The notes under the pieces: model-generated
Databases searched by the model: none
Told to the model about the DNA's origin: nothing
Seen by the model: only the letters and a program-made list of their open reading frames with translations
Shown: positions 60,445 to 64,000 of the stretch, one piece after another
Position numbering within the stretch: the stretch's first letter is position 1
Layout: every line of letters starts with the position of its first letter
Made by a program: the position numbers and the translations under genes
Assembly: GCA_965644295.1 (NCBI GenBank)
Contig: CBFFRP010000457.1
Location: 124,001-188,000 of the forward strand
From: Paraphysomonas bandaiensis
Lineage: Eukaryota > Protista > Chrysophyceae
Direction of reading: 5' to 3'
Length of the DNA stretch: 64,000 nt

Positions 60445-60727
60445 GTCCCCACTAATTGAAAAATATGAAATATGGATATTTCAAATTTAGAAAGGGACTA
60501 AATTCGGCACGCCCTTAAACTTTATAAATTCTTTAGTTATGAAATGAAATACACAGTACAATCATACTGATTTGGCTGTCCATTATTCTACATGAATCCA
60601 TCTACTAACTGAACCGGTAGCTAATTATAGATATCACCACTCGTTCGCGGTATAACACCCAGAAAACAACAGGTGGCTATAGGTATGTGACAGCCGGAAG
60701 GTAAGCACCACAGGTAGTACATATATC

Positions 60728-61189
60728 TCATATTGTATACCTATGTACCACCCCATTTCCAATTAAAGCGAAGCATAGAGCAGCTATTACAACAACCAGG
60801 AGGAAGATAACACACCCGACTGCAATATATTTCAAGAAGTTATAATTACACTCCATTCTTTGTATATTTTCCAAAATATCATCTTGTCCTTGTTTTAGAT
60901 GAGGCAAATATTCATTTATCTGCTCAGACATGCGAGACTGAGAATCAAGCACTGTCGCTATATCTGATTCAGTTCTTTCAGTAATGACTTTTGTTGCATT
61001 GATCTCTGCTTTATTTTCTAACAGAAGTTTCTTTAATTCTTCATAATTAGCGTTAGATGTATTTTTCAGACCAATTATGAGTTCGGCCAGATAGTTTGTT
61101 TCAGAACTGTGACCCTTACGACCAACCACAGTGAAATCGGTATCACGTTTCGATGCACGAACATCATCAAGTGTTACGACACTGCTCAT
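60728..61189 (-). CDS. Small coiled-coil protein with a C-terminal transmembrane helix
   Basis: 153 aa from MSSVVTL. Heptad-like middle region and YIAVGCVIFLLVVVIAALCFALIG. Confidence 0.55.
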   Translation of the reverse strand: MSSVVTLDDVRASKRDTDFTVVGRKGHSSETNYLAELIIGLKNTSNANYEELKKLLLENKAEINATKVITERTESDIATVLDSQSRMSEQINEYLPHLKQGQDDILENIQRMECNYNFLKYIAVGCVIFLLVVVIAALCFALIGNGVVHRYTI

Positions 61190-61399
61190 TTCTCTTCGAC
61201 TGTATACCACTTCGACAATTGTTTCAACGCAACTAAGGGGGCGTAACTATGCAATCTTGACTGGTCTAAAGGTCGGGGCCTTTTATGGGGTGGGGTAAAA
61301 AAAACACCATATGCATTGCTCTTCTCGTCCACCATATACAGCAGTATACTGCGGACTACGCTTTTTCTCATCCCTCCCGAATTCCAAGAATAATATTTT

Positions 61400-61544
61400 C
61401 GTTTCAGCATTCTTTGTATATTTTTGTTCAAAGATGCCTCATATATTGAGACAACAATTATCTGAATTACAGCCGTAGTTGTATGTTAGTAATATAGATA
61501 AATTTTGCTTCAATATATTCCCGAAAAATAAGATGCATACATAC
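61400..61544 (-). mobile_element. 150-bp MITE copy
   Basis: Reverse complement of 63106-63254, diverged. Confidence 0.7.
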
Positions 61545-61666
61545 CTATAGCACATGTCAGCAGGACATATATTCACATACACATCCATTGATGGAACCCT
61601 ATCTATTAACCAATCCAACACACCAGCATCATGTTATCAGATTTATTTTGCGATGATGTTGAAGAT

Positions 61667-62173
61667 TGTCCCATTCCGAGAACGTACCCTAGTGAAGTGC
61701 TAGTGTTGACTAAGCTAAGTAATGTATAGATTATTAATAATAATCTCAGCGTATTCTTTGTATGTCGGCACCAAGAAAGCTCTAGCTAGATCTACACTAT
61801 ACTTGCATAGCCTATATGAGAATACGAGAAACCCCGCGCACTCTAGGGGAGGGAGGGGGGGTGGCCAATGTCACACTAGACCTATACTGAGTCATGCATG
61901 GTCAAGAGAATCCCCGCGTAATCATTGTTAGGTAATGATGGGAAGGTAGAAGGTACACATGGTCCTAATAGAATCTGCGCGAATTACATATATAAAAGTC
62001 ATGCATAGTTATGAGAAATCCTACGTATTCTCAGCAAAGGTTAACACAGGTGGGGGCGGCAACAGAATCTGTGCGTGATCTATGTGGTATGTGGTCAGCT
62101 ACGTTTGTACACGGGTTGATGGGTAGTGGTGTACAGCCAGCCTACACTGTGGCCACGCCTTCGGAATGGGGCA
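61667..62173 (+). mobile_element. Solo-LTR-like (TG...CA) dispersed repeat
   Basis: TGTCCCATTCCGA...TCGGAATGGGGCA. Homologous to 20450-20889. Confidence 0.6.
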
Positions 62174-63105
62174 ATGTCAGCTTTGGATAGTTGTCTCATC
62201 ATTGTGGTTTCTCTACAAATGTAACACAATGAAGTATGTAGAATATAATGAACAATGAACATACATATGGCTGTCAATATCAAAATAAAAACAGAAGTGA
62301 GTTTCTGCTGAACCGAATATTGAATTTGAATGTCTACATTTGCCCGGTGCTGATATTAGCACTCTGTTGAGCCCAATTCAGGTAAAACAGAAAGAATTTT
62401 ATTTAGACATAAATGGGGATAATAGGATAATATGATAACGTTAAATTGTCAACCCTTACATACAGCTGTATTTTAAGTTATAATTTAATATACACCTTTA
62501 TTTATTATCCCATATCGCTTCTTACAATTAAATACAGTAAATCGAATAATGTAATATGAATTTTATGGAGATAGTGAAGCCCATCAATGTAGCACATAAC
62601 GATGAAAGTTATCTCCATTTAATTAATTGAAGTGGTGTTTACAGTTACAGAGTTCAGCTATCGAATATGGAATGCATCATTATGTATAACGTACACTGAG
62701 TCAATTCATAGCACCATATGGGCATATCTGTACAACAATGAGGCTTATCATGCTCGATATGAACCACACTGTCCTGCACTGGGGCTACAGTGTATGGGCC
62801 CCTCTATGAGGGCGGTCCCTTCGTATGATCCCTCTTATACTGGGGAATGAGGGGCTTAGCTTAAGCCATGCATGACCAGCTGAGTCATGCAAGGGACGCC
62901 TGCCACTACTTGAAACTCCTGCACGTCATGCAGATGGGACAGTAGGGCGGCTCTCACAGATCCTGCGGGTGATCTATACAGTCATCCATGTTGATAAAAT
63001 GGTGAGTGAGTGCATAGAATCATGGAGTTATAGTGAATGTGAGCCCTCATGATGACCACACTGCTGCCTGTCGCTCTGTGGTGGGAATGATGCAGTGGAC
63101 TCGAC

Positions 63106-63254
63106 TATCGGCAGTCAGCATCTTATTTTTCGGAAATATATTGAAGCAAATATTCTCTATATAACTGCAACACAACTACGGCTGGAATACAGATAATTGT
63201 TGCCTCAATATTAGAGGCATCTTTGAACAAAAATACACAAAGGATGCCAATACG
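63106..63254 (+). mobile_element. 150-bp MITE copy
   Basis: TATCGGCA...TGCCAATACG. Confidence 0.75.
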
Positions 63255-63389
63255 CTATACTGGGCACACTCTGCACTGTTGGAGGGTTTATATACTGCAG
63301 TACAACCAAAACGAGTGTTCGCTTAAAATCACTGATTTATATATAAACCTACAGTTTTAAATGAAAATTCCCTATTTTATATATGTATA

Positions 63390-63575
63390 TACAGTATGTA
63401 TATATGTATGTAAGTACTGTAGGTAGGTACATGCATGTATATATGTACGTGTACCCTGGTATGGGTGTGTTAATCTCATATGTATGTATGTATGTAAGTA
63501 CTGTAGGTAGGTACATGCATGTATATATGTACGTGTACCCTGGTATGGGTGTGTTAATCCTCATATGTATGTATG
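63390..63575. repeat. Tandem duplication of about 84 bp
   Basis: tatgtaagtactgtaggtaggtacatg...ggtgtgttaatc occurs twice. Confidence 0.85.
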
Positions 63576-63759
63576 TATATGCAGGTGATCGGGGTACATG
63601 TGCATGTGTATTGCATGAGTATGAGGTGGATGTTGTTAGTCTTGTTATTGTTGGTGTTCTCAGTGGTGTTGTGTGATGATGTGCCGGAGTGGACGGGTGG
63701 GGTCGTTAACGGGCAGGTGAGCCACCAACATACACATGCATGTGATGGCTATGCATGCA

Positions 63760-63992
63760 TTCACTGCATCTATCTCACCGTATCTATCTCACTGCATCTA
63801 TCTCACCGTATCTATCTCACTGCATCTATCTCACCGTATCTATCTCACTGCATCTATCTCACCGTATCTATCTCACTGCATCTATCTCACCGTATCTATC
63901 TCACTGTATCTATCTCACTGCATCTATCTCACTGTATCTATCTCACTGCATCTATCTCACTGTATCTATCTCACTGCATCTATCTCACTGTA
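63760..63992. repeat. 14-bp minisatellite (CACTGCATCTATCT / CACCGTATCTATCT)n
   Basis: Direct reading. Confidence 0.95.
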
Positions 63993-64000
63993 TGTAGTTT

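Overview
Eukaryotic nuclear DNA, most consistent with a flagellated stramenopile protist (Sig1/Ocm1-type mastigoneme protein, GT-AG introns mostly about 50-130 bp). I could build about 17 protein-coding gene models by hand, splicing them from the sequence: a HET/TIR-like zinc-finger protein, a UBM-motif basic protein, a tail-anchored EF-hand protein, casein kinase 1, a mastigoneme EGF protein, dynein roadblock, an F-box/ankyrin array, FCF1, a large orphan, a YhhN/TMEM86 protein, a DH-PH-like protein, an Orai-like channel fused to a PH domain, an SLC16-type MFS transporter, a RING-B-box-coiled-coil-Tudor protein, a cyclin Y-like protein and two orphans. Twelve of them form six head-to-head pairs whose shared upstream regions carry (TATG)n/(CATA)n-type sequence. 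The spaces between pairs are full of transposon debris: Copia LTR derivatives, hAT elements with 8-bp TSDs, a 150-bp MITE family, a 5'-truncated LINE and a SINE-like family with the same 3' tail. The strongest novelty candidates are the Orai-PH fusion, the PARP-finger/HET protein, the constant-core/variable-cassette F-box ankyrin array, the non-animal TRIM-like protein and the LINE/SINE pair. All family calls come from reading motifs by eye, not from database searches. Some boundaries are approximate.
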